Source of the DNA: an uncultured Victivallaceae bacterium
Lineage (GTDB): Bacteria > Verrucomicrobiota > Lentisphaeria > Victivallales > Victivallaceae
Assembly: GCA_964609825.1 (NCBI GenBank)
Contig: CAZSSH010000004.1
Coordinates: 267,037-331,036 of the forward strand
Length of the DNA: 64,000 nt
Direction of reading: 5' to 3'
A program made the position numbers and the translations under genes. The notes under the pieces are model-generated. The model saw only the letters and a list, made by a program, of their open reading frames with translations, made no database searches and was not told where the DNA came from. Shown in pieces: positions 1-8,765 of the stretch (within the stretch, counting starts at the first letter, position 1; each line of letters starts with the position of its first letter).

Positions 1-1584
1 CTCGATGTAGCGCGGAATCTCGCGCACCAATGCGTCCAGATACCCGGCGTCGCTCGGGTCGGGCATGCTTTGCGAAATCAATACCTCAGCCTGAGTGTAG
101 TGAAACGGCGAATCCAATTGCAAGGTTTTCCCGTTGGTAAAGCCGGTGCGCCCCAAATAGTAATCAAAGGTGTTGCGCACGGTCAAGGTGGCGCTGCAGA
201 GCATCACCGGGAAATCCTGATGAAACAGCAAATTGCCCAAAATTTCGGCGACATTTAAGGGGGCGGCCTTGAGCGATAGGTTGTTGCGGTCTTTTTCGGC
301 AAAATAGACCGCGTCCGGCACCGCCATTTTGAGAAACTGGTCGATTCCGTTGATGTACTCGCGGCAGCGCCCCAGCTGGGCCTCGATCTCGGTCTGAAAC
401 GACTCGTCGCTCTCGTCCTCGGCGTAGACGGCCAACTCTTTGGCCAGCTTGATGAGTTTGGGCGACAGATTGTCGGCAAAGCGCCCGCAGTCGCGGATGG
501 TCTTGGCCGTCTCCTGATGCTCCTCCAGGTATTGGTCAAAGTCGGCAAAAAAGCCGTAGACTTCACCCTGACACTCGGTTACCAAAGCGCGCAAATTGAT
601 CGCTTTTTCGCCGCGGCGGAGCAAGATGCCCTTGGCGTTTTCGGGGTTGAAGAGGCGGTTTAAAAAGCCGAGTACGCCCGCCTTGGAGATGCTCAACCCC
701 AAGTGTTCGGCCGCGTTGTCCTCCAAAGTGTGCGCCTCGTCGATCAACACCGCGCCGTAGTTGGGAAGCAAGCCGCCGCCGTCGCTTAATGCCGATGTTT
801 TCATCCCGAGGTCGGTAAAAAACAGTGCGTGGTTGGCGATGATGATGTCGGCCGTTTCCCACTCGCGGCGGGCGCGGAAATAAAAACAGTTGCGGAAATG
901 CCCGCACTTGGTCCCGAGGCAGTTACCGGCCTCGCAGCCGACCAAACTCCAGACGCCGGGCTCGATTTTAAACTCCAGACTGTCGCGGTCGCCGGTGTCG
1001 GTCGCCTCGCTCCAGCGCTCGAGGCGGTCAAGGTCGAGCACCATGGAGGGCGAGGGGAGCAAAATATCCCTGATTTCGCCGGTGACCATGCCGAAGCGGC
1101 GTCGGCAGAGGTAGTTGTGGCGGCCCTTGGCCAAGGCGGCCTTAAACTCACTGTTGCAGATTTTGTTTAAAAACGGGATGTCCTTTTGCATCAATTGCTC
1201 CTGCAAGTTGATGGTCTCGGTGGACACCACCGCCGGGCGGCCGCGCAATTTGGCGCGAAAGATCAAAGGGATCAAGTAGGCGAAACTTTTACCGACCCCG
1301 GTCGGGGCCTCGATACAGAGGTTGTCGCCCTGCGTCAAGGCTTCGGCGATGGCTTTGGACATTTGCATTTGCTGGGGGCGAAACTCGTAAGGAAGATTGC
1401 CCGCTTTGGCGGCATTGTGGAGGCTTCCGCCGGGGCTGAAAAACTCCTCGCACCGGCGGCAAAACTCCGCCGCCGCCGGAAATGGACCGGCCTCAAGGGT
1501 GACTTCGGCTTCGACGGGAAACTCCTCCTCCAATTCCCCGGCAAATTCGCCGCTTTCCGCGTCGCGGTCAATGGGTTTAATCAT
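1..1584 (-). CDS. dinG: DinG/Rad3-family ATP-dependent DNA helicase. The N-terminal ~528 aa are in the window; the C-terminus lies beyond the window edge.
   Basis: I translated the minus strand by hand from the ATG at 1582-1584 and found it open to position 1. It is absent from the ORF track because it has no in-window stop. It has a Walker A 'EAPTGVGKSF', a Cys cluster ('YLCRRRFG...GCEAGNCLGTKCGHFRNCFYF') consistent with the DinG Fe-S domain, and 'IIIANHALFF' resembling the DinG helicase core. The overlapping short minus-strand ORFs at 255-1151 in the track are wrong-frame pieces. Confidence 0.75.
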   Translation of the reverse strand, partial: MIKPIDRDAESGEFAGELEEEFPVEAEVTLEAGPFPAAAEFCRRCEEFFSPGGSLHNAAKAGNLPYEFRPQQMQMSKAIAEALTQGDNLCIEAPTGVGKSFAYLIPLIFRAKLRGRPAVVSTETINLQEQLMQKDIPFLNKICNSEFKAALAKGRHNYLCRRRFGMVTGEIRDILLPSPSMVLDLDRLERWSEATDTGDRDSLEFKIEPGVWSLVGCEAGNCLGTKCGHFRNCFYFRARREWETADIIIANHALFFTDLGMKTSALSDGGGLLPNYGAVLIDEAHTLEDNAAEHLGLSISKAGVLGFLNRLFNPENAKGILLRRGEKAINLRALVTECQGEVYGFFADFDQYLEEHQETAKTIRDCGRFADNLSPKLIKLAKELAVYAEDESDESFQTEIEAQLGRCREYINGIDQFLKMAVPDAVYFAEKDRNNLSLKAAPLNVAEILGNLLFHQDFPVMLCSATLTVRNTFDYYLGRTGFTNGKTLQLDSPFHYTQAEVLISQSMPDPSDAGYLDALVREIPRYIE

Positions 1585-2855
1585 GATAACCGGCGTTTCT
1601 CCAAATAACTCGTTAAGAGCTCGGGCAGCGGTTTCAAGAGCTCGTCGGGCATGTTGAATCGCTCGGCCAACTCTTGAAGGATCAACGCGATATTGGGCAC
1701 CGTCGCACTCTGCCAGTCGGCATAGTTGCGCTGAAAACGGATTTTGATTTGCGGGATCCGGCAGACGAATTTGCGGTTTTCCTTGCCGGGGACGTACAGC
1801 AGACAATTTTCCGCATTCTCAATCTTAATCACCACCGGCAGCGGGTCGTCGACGATACCCAAAGTGGCATAGACGCGGATTGCAAAATTGAGCGCCTCGG
1901 CGATGAGTTTCACCAGCCGGTCAAAGGCAAGCCCGTTTTCCTCGATTTCGCGCACTCCGGCGTAATGAAATGCGCCCGATTGGCAGATTTGCCAGAGACA
2001 GCTGCCGTTTTCGGCCATGTAGCGCAATGAGAAATTGGTGAAATAAGCCTTGACCATCTCCTCTTTGTCCAAAAACTCGGCCTTGGGGTAGGAGACAAAG
2101 GCCTCGTCGACCGCGTGCTTGATATCGCTCAGGCCAAAGCGTTTTTCGTGGTATTTGCCCGGTGCGGCGAGGATGGAAATCAGCACGTGGCGCTTTTGCT
2201 TGTGCGGGTATTTGCGCTTTTTAAAGAAATTGACCGCGTGCTCAAAGTCGGCCTCAAAGTTGTTGAGGGCGCTCTCGTAAAAATCCTTGTTTTCGTACAA
2301 AATACCGCGCAGCATTTTGCCCAAAAGTTCGCGCTGATTGCGCAAGGAGCGTTGAATTAAAGAGTGCATTTCGATCGCCCGGCGGGCCGGGCGGCTGGAG
2401 GCATCGGTGGTGCGGATATAAAAGACGCCGGTCTGGAGTTCGTTTTCGACCGCGTTGACGCAGACGTGCGGCAAACCGGTAAACGGGCGGATGACCAAAA
2501 CCACATAGCGTTTGCCGTCCACCTCGGGGCGCTCCAACGTGAAATCAATTGCGGGCTCAACATACTGGTTGACAAACGCCCCCACCGCTGACGGGTCAAA
2601 TGAGTGCAGCTCCTCGGCCGTGAGTCCGGTGTACACCGACGGGTGCCCGGAGGCGTCCTCGCCGACGCCGATGACCAAAAATCCCCCTTTGGTGTTGGCC
2701 ATCGCGAGACAGTGGCGGACGATTTTGGCTTTGGCGCCCCGGCTCATGGTGTGCCAATTCATCGCCGCTTTGTAATCAAGCTCATCCGACTCGACCGCGC
2801 GGCGGATGATTTCATCAAAGTCGATGCGAAACGATTGGGAGGAGCCGGACGCCAT
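1581..2855 (-). CDS. Schlafen-like AlbA_2 (divergent AAA, PF04326-like) putative DNA-binding protein with a ~290-aa C-terminal region of unknown function.
   Basis: The N-terminus 'YKAAMNWHTMSRGAKAKIVRHCLAMANTKGGFLVIGVGED' matches the AlbA_2/Schlafen core (…AFaNt.GG.l.iGv.d). Its stop overlaps the dinG start (ATGA at 1581-1584). Confidence 0.55.
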   Translation of the reverse strand: MASGSSQSFRIDFDEIIRRAVESDELDYKAAMNWHTMSRGAKAKIVRHCLAMANTKGGFLVIGVGEDASGHPSVYTGLTAEELHSFDPSAVGAFVNQYVEPAIDFTLERPEVDGKRYVVLVIRPFTGLPHVCVNAVENELQTGVFYIRTTDASSRPARRAIEMHSLIQRSLRNQRELLGKMLRGILYENKDFYESALNNFEADFEHAVNFFKKRKYPHKQKRHVLISILAAPGKYHEKRFGLSDIKHAVDEAFVSYPKAEFLDKEEMVKAYFTNFSLRYMAENGSCLWQICQSGAFHYAGVREIEENGLAFDRLVKLIAEALNFAIRVYATLGIVDDPLPVVIKIENAENCLLYVPGKENRKFVCRIPQIKIRFQRNYADWQSATVPNIALILQELAERFNMPDELLKPLPELLTSYLEKRRLS

Positions 2856-2862
2856 GATCGTG

Positions 2863-3570
2863 TCACTCCGCCAGATAGATCAAGTGCATGCAGTTGTTGC
2901 AGCTGGTGACCGCACCGCTTGCGATATCGCTCAACAACTGGTTGGTGATGCGCATGTGGCAGTTTTCGCAAATGCCGTCCTCGACTTTGGCGAGCGGCAA
3001 GCCGAGATTTTTGTCGCGGAGTAATACCTCGTAGCGCTGCAGGACCGCCGTCTCAATTTTGCGGACCAGAGGCGGTCGGCCGGCGGTGAGGTTGGCAATC
3101 TCGGTTTTGACCTCGGTGCGGAACTCTTCCAGCTCTTTGATTTCGCTTTGCGCCGACTTGACCACCGCTTCGGCTTCGCTTTTAATTTTGGCGACTTTGG
3201 GCTTGGCGGCCTCGATTTTGTCGAGTCCGTCAATGACCATGGTCTCCAGCTGGCCGATTTTCATCTGATGGCTGGCCACCTCTTGCAGCATGGCCTGATA
3301 CTCATTGTTTTTCTTGACCATGACCGACTGCTGCTGAAGTTTTTTAATCGCGTCATTGAGCTCGGCAACCTTTTTTTCGGCGGCTTTGACGGTGTTCTCC
3401 ATTTTTTGGAAGGTGTTGCGCGCGTTTTCAAAGCGGGCAAAGGCCTCCTGCTGCTTGGCTGAGAGTTTCTCAATCTCTTTGGGCAACAGCGTCAAGCGCT
3501 GATTCAAATCACGGATGCGCATATCAACTGCCTGCAAGGCAAGCAACGGTTCGACCCAGGGTGCCGGCAT
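2863..3570 (-). CDS. Coiled-coil C4 zinc-ribbon protein (DUF164 / COG1579-like).
   Basis: It has a long coiled-coil region and a C-terminal 'CENCHMRI…CNNCMHLIY' zinc ribbon. I placed the start at the internal ATG (MPAPWVEPL…) with a GGAGAG RBS 6 nt upstream. The longer track ORF (to 3645) would overlap the ruvB C-terminus. Confidence 0.55.
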   Translation of the reverse strand: MPAPWVEPLLALQAVDMRIRDLNQRLTLLPKEIEKLSAKQQEAFARFENARNTFQKMENTVKAAEKKVAELNDAIKKLQQQSVMVKKNNEYQAMLQEVASHQMKIGQLETMVIDGLDKIEAAKPKVAKIKSEAEAVVKSAQSEIKELEEFRTEVKTEIANLTAGRPPLVRKIETAVLQRYEVLLRDKNLGLPLAKVEDGICENCHMRITNQLLSDIASGAVTSCNNCMHLIYLAE

Positions 3571-3593
3571 AGTTATCTCTCCATATTTAGTAA

Positions 3594-4610
3594 TTAAAAC
3601 AGTTCGTCGGGTTTGACCATCGGTTTGAGGCCGAGCTTGCTCCACGCCTTGGGAGTGGCCACGCGCCCTTTGGGGGTGCGCACCAGGTAACCGCGCTGGA
3701 TCAAAAACGGCTCGTAGACTTCCTCAATGGAGTCCTCCTCCTCGCCGACCGAGACCGAAATATTTTTGAGCCCCACCGGTCCGCCGTTAAAGTTGCCGAT
3801 GATCACTTCCAAAATACGCAAGTCCATCTCGTCCAAACCGTCGTCGTCGATCTGCAAGAGCTCCAACGCTTTGCAGGCGACTTCCTCGGTGATGATCGAG
3901 TCGGCGCGGATCTGGGCGTAGTCGCGGGCGCGGCGCAACAGATTGTTGGCAATGCGCGGGGTGCCGCGGCAGCGTCGGGCGATCACCTCCGCACCCTCCG
4001 GGGTGATGTCCACTTTGAGAATCCCGGCCGAGCGCAGCAAAATCTGGGTCAACGGCGGGACATCGTAGTAGTCCAGCCGGACGTTGAGCCCGAAGCGCGA
4101 CCGCAGCGGGGCCGAGATCATCCCTTGGCGCGTGGTGGCGCCAATGAGGGTAAAATGAGGAACGTTGAGCCGCACCGAGCGCGCGCCGGGGCCCTGCTCA
4201 AGCATGATGTCGATAAAAAAGTCCTCCATCGCACTGTAAAGATACTCCTCCACCACCGTGTTGAGCCGGTGGATTTCGTCGATGAATAAAATATCGCCGG
4301 GCGCCAGCGAGGTGAGGAGCCCTGCCAAGTCGCCGGGTTTCTCGATCGCCGGGCCGCTGGAGGACTTGATGTTGCTTTTGCGCTCGTTGGCGATGATGTA
4401 GGCCAAGGTGGTCTTGCCGAGGCCGGGGGGGCCGCTTAAAATAATGTGGTCCAAGGCTTCGTCGCGGTTGCGCGCGGCTTCGACAAAGAGCGTCAGCTGA
4501 TCCTTGATCTTGTCCTGCCCCGGGAAGTCGGCAAAGCTGGGCGGACGCAGCGAGTTCTCTTTGGCCGGATCCTTTTTGTTGAGCGTTGATGTAATGAATT
4601 GTTCGGTCAT
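3594..4610 (-). CDS. ruvB: Holliday junction branch migration ATPase RuvB.
   Basis: 338 aa with '[20 protein letters not shown]' and 'LFIDEIHRL' typical of RuvB. No ruvA is adjacent. Confidence 0.95.
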   Translation of the reverse strand: MTEQFITSTLNKKDPAKENSLRPPSFADFPGQDKIKDQLTLFVEAARNRDEALDHIILSGPPGLGKTTLAYIIANERKSNIKSSSGPAIEKPGDLAGLLTSLAPGDILFIDEIHRLNTVVEEYLYSAMEDFFIDIMLEQGPGARSVRLNVPHFTLIGATTRQGMISAPLRSRFGLNVRLDYYDVPPLTQILLRSAGILKVDITPEGAEVIARRCRGTPRIANNLLRRARDYAQIRADSIITEEVACKALELLQIDDDGLDEMDLRILEVIIGNFNGGPVGLKNISVSVGEEEDSIEEVYEPFLIQRGYLVRTPKGRVATPKAWSKLGLKPMVKPDELF

Positions 4611-4738
4611 GATTTATTTTATAAAAAAAACTTGTTTTTCGCGATTTATGATGTAAATTTAATAACGTTAGAAAAAATATCATTGTTTTTGATAAATTGC
4701 CAGTTGTTTTCAACAAAAATCGAAAGGATTTCCAAAAA

Positions 4739-6850
4739 ATGTACGATCTTACGCTTGCCGCCAAGTCGGCAAACACCATCCGCATGCTGTCCGCCGAAGC
4801 CGTCCAAAAAGCCAAGTCCGGACACCCGGGGATGCCTTTGGGTTGCGCCGATTACGCCTTTACCCTCTGGTACAAGTACTTGCGGCACAATCCCAAAAAT
4901 CCGACTTGGATCGGGCGCGACCGTTTCATTTTGTCCGCCGGTCACGGCTCGATGCTGGAGTATAGCTTGCTCCATTTGTTTGAGTATGGCTTGCCGATGG
5001 AAGAGCTCAAAAACTTCCGTCAGTGGGACAGCCGCACCCCCGGCCACCCCGAGTTCGGCCACACCAAAGGGGTGGACATCACCACCGGTCCTTTGGGCAG
5101 CGGTTTTGCCTCCGCCGTCGGGATGGCGATTGCCAACCGTTACTTTGCCGCCAAGACCGGTTTGGATCAGACTGACTTTTTTGCCAACAAGATTTACATC
5201 ATCGCCGGCGACGGCTGCATGATGGAAGGGGCCACCAGTGAAGCCGCTTCGCTTGCCGGTCACCTTGCCTTGGACGAAATGGTCGTCTTTTATGATGACA
5301 ACAGCATCACCATTGAGGGGCAGACCTCGCTCGCTTTCTCCGAAGACGTTGCCGCCCGTTTCGCCGCTTACAACTGGCGTGTGATCAAGCTTGAGAATGC
5401 CAACGACATCGCCAAGTGCGACGCCGCTCTCGCTCAGGCCGTGGAGAGCGACGGCCGCCCGACGCTGATCATCGGCAAAACCAAAATCGGCTTCGGCGCC
5501 CCCAACAAGCAGGGCAAAGCCTCCGCCCACGGCGAGCCCTTGGGAGAGGAAGAAGTCGAAGCTTTGCGCAAAAACCTCAACATGCCCGCCGAAAAATTCT
5601 TTGTCGCGCCGGAAGTTGCCGCGTTTTGCCAAAACCGCGTCGCCGAGCTGGAAAAATCTGCCGCTGCGTGGGAAGCCAAGTTCCAAGCCTTTGTCGCCGC
5701 CGACCCGGTACGCGCCAAAATGATCCAGTCCTTTGTCAATAAGACCGTCCCGGCCAACCTCAAAGAAGAGTTGCTCAAAGTGACTCCGGTCGACAAACCG
5801 ATTGCCAGCCGTGCTTCCGGCGGCATCGTCCTGCAAAAAGCCGCCGAGCTCGTTCCCGCTTTGTTTGGCGGTGCGGCCGACTTGGCTCCCTCGACCAAGA
5901 CCGACATCAAAAACGGCGGCGATTTCACCGCCGACAACCGCGCCGGGCGCAATCTCCACTTTGGCGTCCGCGAGCTCGCGATGGCCTTGGCCGGCAATGG
6001 GATGGCGCTCAACGGGACCGCGATCCCGTACACCTCTACTTTCTTTGTGTTCTCTGATTATATGAAACCTGCCATGCGTTTGGCGGCGATTCAAAATCTG
6101 CATCAAATCTATGTCTTTACCCACGACTCGTTTTACGTGGGCGAGGACGGGCCGACCCATGAGCCCATTGAGCAAATCGCCATGCTCCGCACCATTCCCG
6201 GCATGACCGTGCTGCGTCCCGCCGAAGCGCACGAAGTGGCGGGCGCCTGGGCTTATGCGTTGCAAGAGGCCAAAGGGCCGGTCGCCTTGTTGTTGACCCG
6301 TCAGGATTTGGCTCCCTATTCGGCCGAAATGGCCGCCAAGGTCGATGTCAGCAAGGGGGCTTACGTGATCAGCGATGATGACGAATTCGACATCATTTTG
6401 ATCGCCACCGGCTCCGAAGTCGAGCTGGCGCTCAAGACCGCCGAACTGATGCGCGCCGACGGCTGCGGCGTCCGCGTGGTATCGATGGTTTCGCAGGAGC
6501 TCTTCCTCAAGCAGTCCTATGAGTACCAGGAGTCGGTGCTGCCCCCCGAATTCATCTGCAACGTTTCCATCGAGGCCGGGACCACCTACGGCTGGCACCG
6601 CTTCATCGGCAAAGACGGTTTAGCGATCGGTCTCGACCACTTCGGCGCCTCGGCTCCCTATAAAGTCTTGACCGAGAAATTCGGCTTCACCCCCGAGGGT
6701 GTGCTGGCCCGCATCAAAGAGCACTTCATTTACGAGGATGAGGAAGGCTGCGGCTGCGGTTGTGAAGATGACGAAAACTGCGACTGCGGCGATGAGTGCG
6801 GTTGCGGCGACGACGATTGCAACTGCAATTGCGAGCCCAACAAAAAGTAA
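4739..6850 (+). CDS. tkt: Transketolase with an unusual 40-aa Cys/Asp/Glu-rich C-terminal extension.
   Basis: The N-terminus 'RMLSAEAVQKAKSGHPGMPLGCADYAFTLW', 'GHPE', 'GDGCMMEG' and the C-terminal 'FGASAPYKVLTEKFGFT' are all transketolase hallmarks. I chose the ATG at 4739 (MYDLTL…); the track start at 4697 is a TTG. The tail is 'EDEEGCGCGCEDDENCDCGDECGCGDDDCNCNCEPNKK'. Confidence 0.9.
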   Translation: MYDLTLAAKSANTIRMLSAEAVQKAKSGHPGMPLGCADYAFTLWYKYLRHNPKNPTWIGRDRFILSAGHGSMLEYSLLHLFEYGLPMEELKNFRQWDSRTPGHPEFGHTKGVDITTGPLGSGFASAVGMAIANRYFAAKTGLDQTDFFANKIYIIAGDGCMMEGATSEAASLAGHLALDEMVVFYDDNSITIEGQTSLAFSEDVAARFAAYNWRVIKLENANDIAKCDAALAQAVESDGRPTLIIGKTKIGFGAPNKQGKASAHGEPLGEEEVEALRKNLNMPAEKFFVAPEVAAFCQNRVAELEKSAAAWEAKFQAFVAADPVRAKMIQSFVNKTVPANLKEELLKVTPVDKPIASRASGGIVLQKAAELVPALFGGAADLAPSTKTDIKNGGDFTADNRAGRNLHFGVRELAMALAGNGMALNGTAIPYTSTFFVFSDYMKPAMRLAAIQNLHQIYVFTHDSFYVGEDGPTHEPIEQIAMLRTIPGMTVLRPAEAHEVAGAWAYALQEAKGPVALLLTRQDLAPYSAEMAAKVDVSKGAYVISDDDEFDIILIATGSEVELALKTAELMRADGCGVRVVSMVSQELFLKQSYEYQESVLPPEFICNVSIEAGTTYGWHRFIGKDGLAIGLDHFGASAPYKVLTEKFGFTPEGVLARIKEHFIYEDEEGCGCGCEDDENCDCGDECGCGDDDCNCNCEPNKK

Positions 6851-6866
6851 GTTGTCATAACTTGCA

Positions 6867-6898
6867 CGGGAGGAGTGAAAGCTCTTCCCGTTTTTTTT
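6867..6898 (+). terminator. Rho-independent terminator downstream of tkt.
   Basis: Stem CGGGAGGAG / CTCTTCCCG with loop TGAAAG, followed by T8. Confidence 0.7.
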
Positions 6899-6941
6899 GT
6901 CCAGCAATGTAAAAAACAATGTAAAAAACTTGCATAAACTC

Positions 6942-6969
6942 TTGGTTAAAATGTAAAATATGGTATAAT
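6942..6969 (+). promoter_or_regulatory. Sigma70-like promoter (TTGGTT -N16- extended -10 TGgTATAAT) for the LacI-led operon.
   Basis: Sequence match; it lies ~45 nt upstream of the ATG at 7015. Two direct copies of CAATGTAAAAAAC (6905-6927) sit just upstream. Confidence 0.45.
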
Positions 6970-7014
6970 TTAAGGAAAAGACAGCAATTCAATGTTACGC
7001 AATTGTGGAAAAAG

Positions 7015-8022
7015 ATGAATATCACAATCCAAAAAATCGCCGAGGAAACCAATTTGAGCATTGCCACGATTTCCCGGATATTAAACGGCAAAGGAGCGCA
7101 TAAGCGCGAAACGGTCAAGCTCGTGAAAGACACTTTGCAGCAACTCTCGGGCGACTATCACAGCTCCAAGAGCTTTGAGTCCATCGGCGTGGTACTGCAA
7201 CTTTATCCCAACTTTATCTGTCACCCGTACAGTTACACCATGCTGAGCTCGATTTTGGAAACGCTGGCGGCGGAGGGGTATTATGCCCAAATCATCCCGG
7301 TCAACTCGCGGCGGATCACTGTCGGCGATTTTGAGAAAATGTTTGAGCAATTTGACATCAAAGGTTTGCTGATTCAGGAGTTGGACTCATTGTATGATAC
7401 TGTGCCCACCTTGTCCAAGCTCCCGCTGCCGGTGGTCCGCATCGGCGACATCCGCGACTCTGACGATTGGTACTGCGTCCACTCGCGCAGCCGTCAGGCC
7501 GGGGTCGATGCCGCCAATTATTTGTGGAGCATGGGCAACCGCCGCTTTGGCGTCATTTATGTCGGGACGGCCGATTTGTGTCAGGAGCTCCGGGTCAACG
7601 GCTTTATGGATCAGGTCCGGCAGCTGGCGGGCAAAGACACGCAATTTTGGATGCGGCACATTCCGCATATGAATCAATCGACCACCGTCAACGCGGCGGT
7701 GGAGCTTAACACCATGACCGACCCGCCGGAAGCAATTTTTTGCACCAACAGCACCATCGCCCGGCAGCTTGTCCATGAGCTGCGGGCGGTCGGGATGCGC
7801 GTGCCGGAGGATATTTCGGTCATTTCAGTGGAGGACGCTGACGAGCTGGCGGAGGCCGGGATCTCGGTCATCCAGCAGCCGACGCGCGAAATGGGACGGC
7901 TGGCGGTGCAAAATCTGGTCAATTTGCTGCAAAACAAAGTTCATGTCAAAAAAGAAACGGTATTGCCCTGCAATCTCGTGATCCGCAAATCAACCATGCT
8001 GCGAAACGGTAGTGACAAATGA
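7015..8022 (+). CDS. LacI-family transcriptional regulator (first gene of cassette 1).
   Basis: N-terminal HTH '[27 protein letters not shown]' followed by a periplasmic-binding-protein-like sugar-binding fold. Confidence 0.85.
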   Translation: MNITIQKIAEETNLSIATISRILNGKGAHKRETVKLVKDTLQQLSGDYHSSKSFESIGVVLQLYPNFICHPYSYTMLSSILETLAAEGYYAQIIPVNSRRITVGDFEKMFEQFDIKGLLIQELDSLYDTVPTLSKLPLPVVRIGDIRDSDDWYCVHSRSRQAGVDAANYLWSMGNRRFGVIYVGTADLCQELRVNGFMDQVRQLAGKDTQFWMRHIPHMNQSTTVNAAVELNTMTDPPEAIFCTNSTIARQLVHELRAVGMRVPEDISVISVEDADELAEAGISVIQQPTREMGRLAVQNLVNLLQNKVHVKKETVLPCNLVIRKSTMLRNGSDK

Positions 8023-8066
8023 ATCCTTCCTTTTTAATATTTAACACCAAGAGGAGAGTAAAAAAG

Positions 8067-8765
8067 ATGAAACGGTTGTTTACTTTGATCGAGTTACTGG
8101 TCGTGATTGCCATTATCGCCATTTTGGCGTCAATGCTGCTGCCCGCGTTGAATCAGGCCCGGAGCAAGGCGCAGTCGGCCAAATGCTCAAGCAATCTCAA
8201 GCAGCTGGAGTACGCCTCGATGCAATACATCGCCAACAACAGCGACTACGGCGTCAAGGCGCGTTACCTTGAGCTCTCCCAGTCGCGTCCGAATTACCTT
8301 GACAGCGCGCGTTTCTGGCCCAATGTGATCAAAAATTATGTCGGCTGCAGCGGCTCATTGACCGATGAGGATTGGTTTAAACTGGCCATCTTTGCCTGTC
8401 CCGGCAACCCGGCGGAAGTTCAGGCCAACAGCACAAGTTCGCGGCTTAAGACGAGTTACGCGGTTAATATGCAGTCCAACAACGGAACCAATGAGCGGTT
8501 TTATAAAGTGAGTCAGGTCAAATCCCCCGGCAACAAGCCGCATATATTGGACAGCAACAACGGCGACTGGTACGCTTTGGAGTTTTTATTCGGTCACGGG
8601 GTCAGCGGCACCAAAAATGCCGCCCGCCCGAGCCATGCCGACCGCGCCAATGTGACGTTTTTAGACGGGCACGTGGAGGCGGTGCCGGCGGCGACGTTTG
8701 TCCGTTACAACGCCGACGGTCAGCCGTGGAATTACTTTAATGCTAAAACTTTTATTTGGAAATAA
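8067..8765 (+). CDS. Prepilin-type N-terminal cleavage/methylation domain protein, DUF1559 / H-X9-DG family (pseudopilin-like).
   Basis: '[28 protein letters not shown]' with an AGGAGAG RBS. The C-terminus '[15 protein letters not shown]' is the H-X9-DG motif. Confidence 0.85.
   Translation: MKRLFTLIELLVVIAIIAILASMLLPALNQARSKAQSAKCSSNLKQLEYASMQYIANNSDYGVKARYLELSQSRPNYLDSARFWPNVIKNYVGCSGSLTDEDWFKLAIFACPGNPAEVQANSTSSRLKTSYAVNMQSNNGTNERFYKVSQVKSPGNKPHILDSNNGDWYALEFLFGHGVSGTKNAARPSHADRANVTFLDGHVEAVPAATFVRYNADGQPWNYFNAKTFIWK

Noticed and set aside
255-1151. Three overlapping minus-strand ORFs (255-566, 563-907, 801-1151) and plus-strand ORFs 829-1608.
   Set aside because: A single continuous minus-strand reading frame from 1584 to the window edge encodes a DinG helicase with Walker A and Fe-S cysteines. 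The listed ORFs are off-frame pieces (Pro/Arg/Ser-rich).
3594-3645. The longer N-terminal extension of the Zn-ribbon ORF (to 3645), overlapping the ruvB C-terminus by 50 nt.
   Set aside because: The internal ATG at 3568-3570 has a GGAGAG RBS and places the start after the ruvB stop. The extension has no support.
4198-4815. A 205-aa minus-strand ORF spanning the ruvB start and the ruvB–tkt promoter region.
   Set aside because: It is off-frame relative to ruvB and runs through the AT-rich divergent promoter region. Its composition is not protein-like.
4646-6598. A 650-aa minus-strand ORF overlapping transketolase. Many similar long ORFs lie antisense to real genes (for example 12488-13387, 14176-15108, 16864-17586, 20101-21096, 31587-32360, 35561-36157, 47827-48966, 51773-52513, 52849-53643, 60477-61712).
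   Set aside because: These are classic high-GC antisense artefacts: Gly/Arg/Ala/Val-rich low-complexity translations with no motifs, each fully overlapping a gene that has strong family signatures on the other strand.
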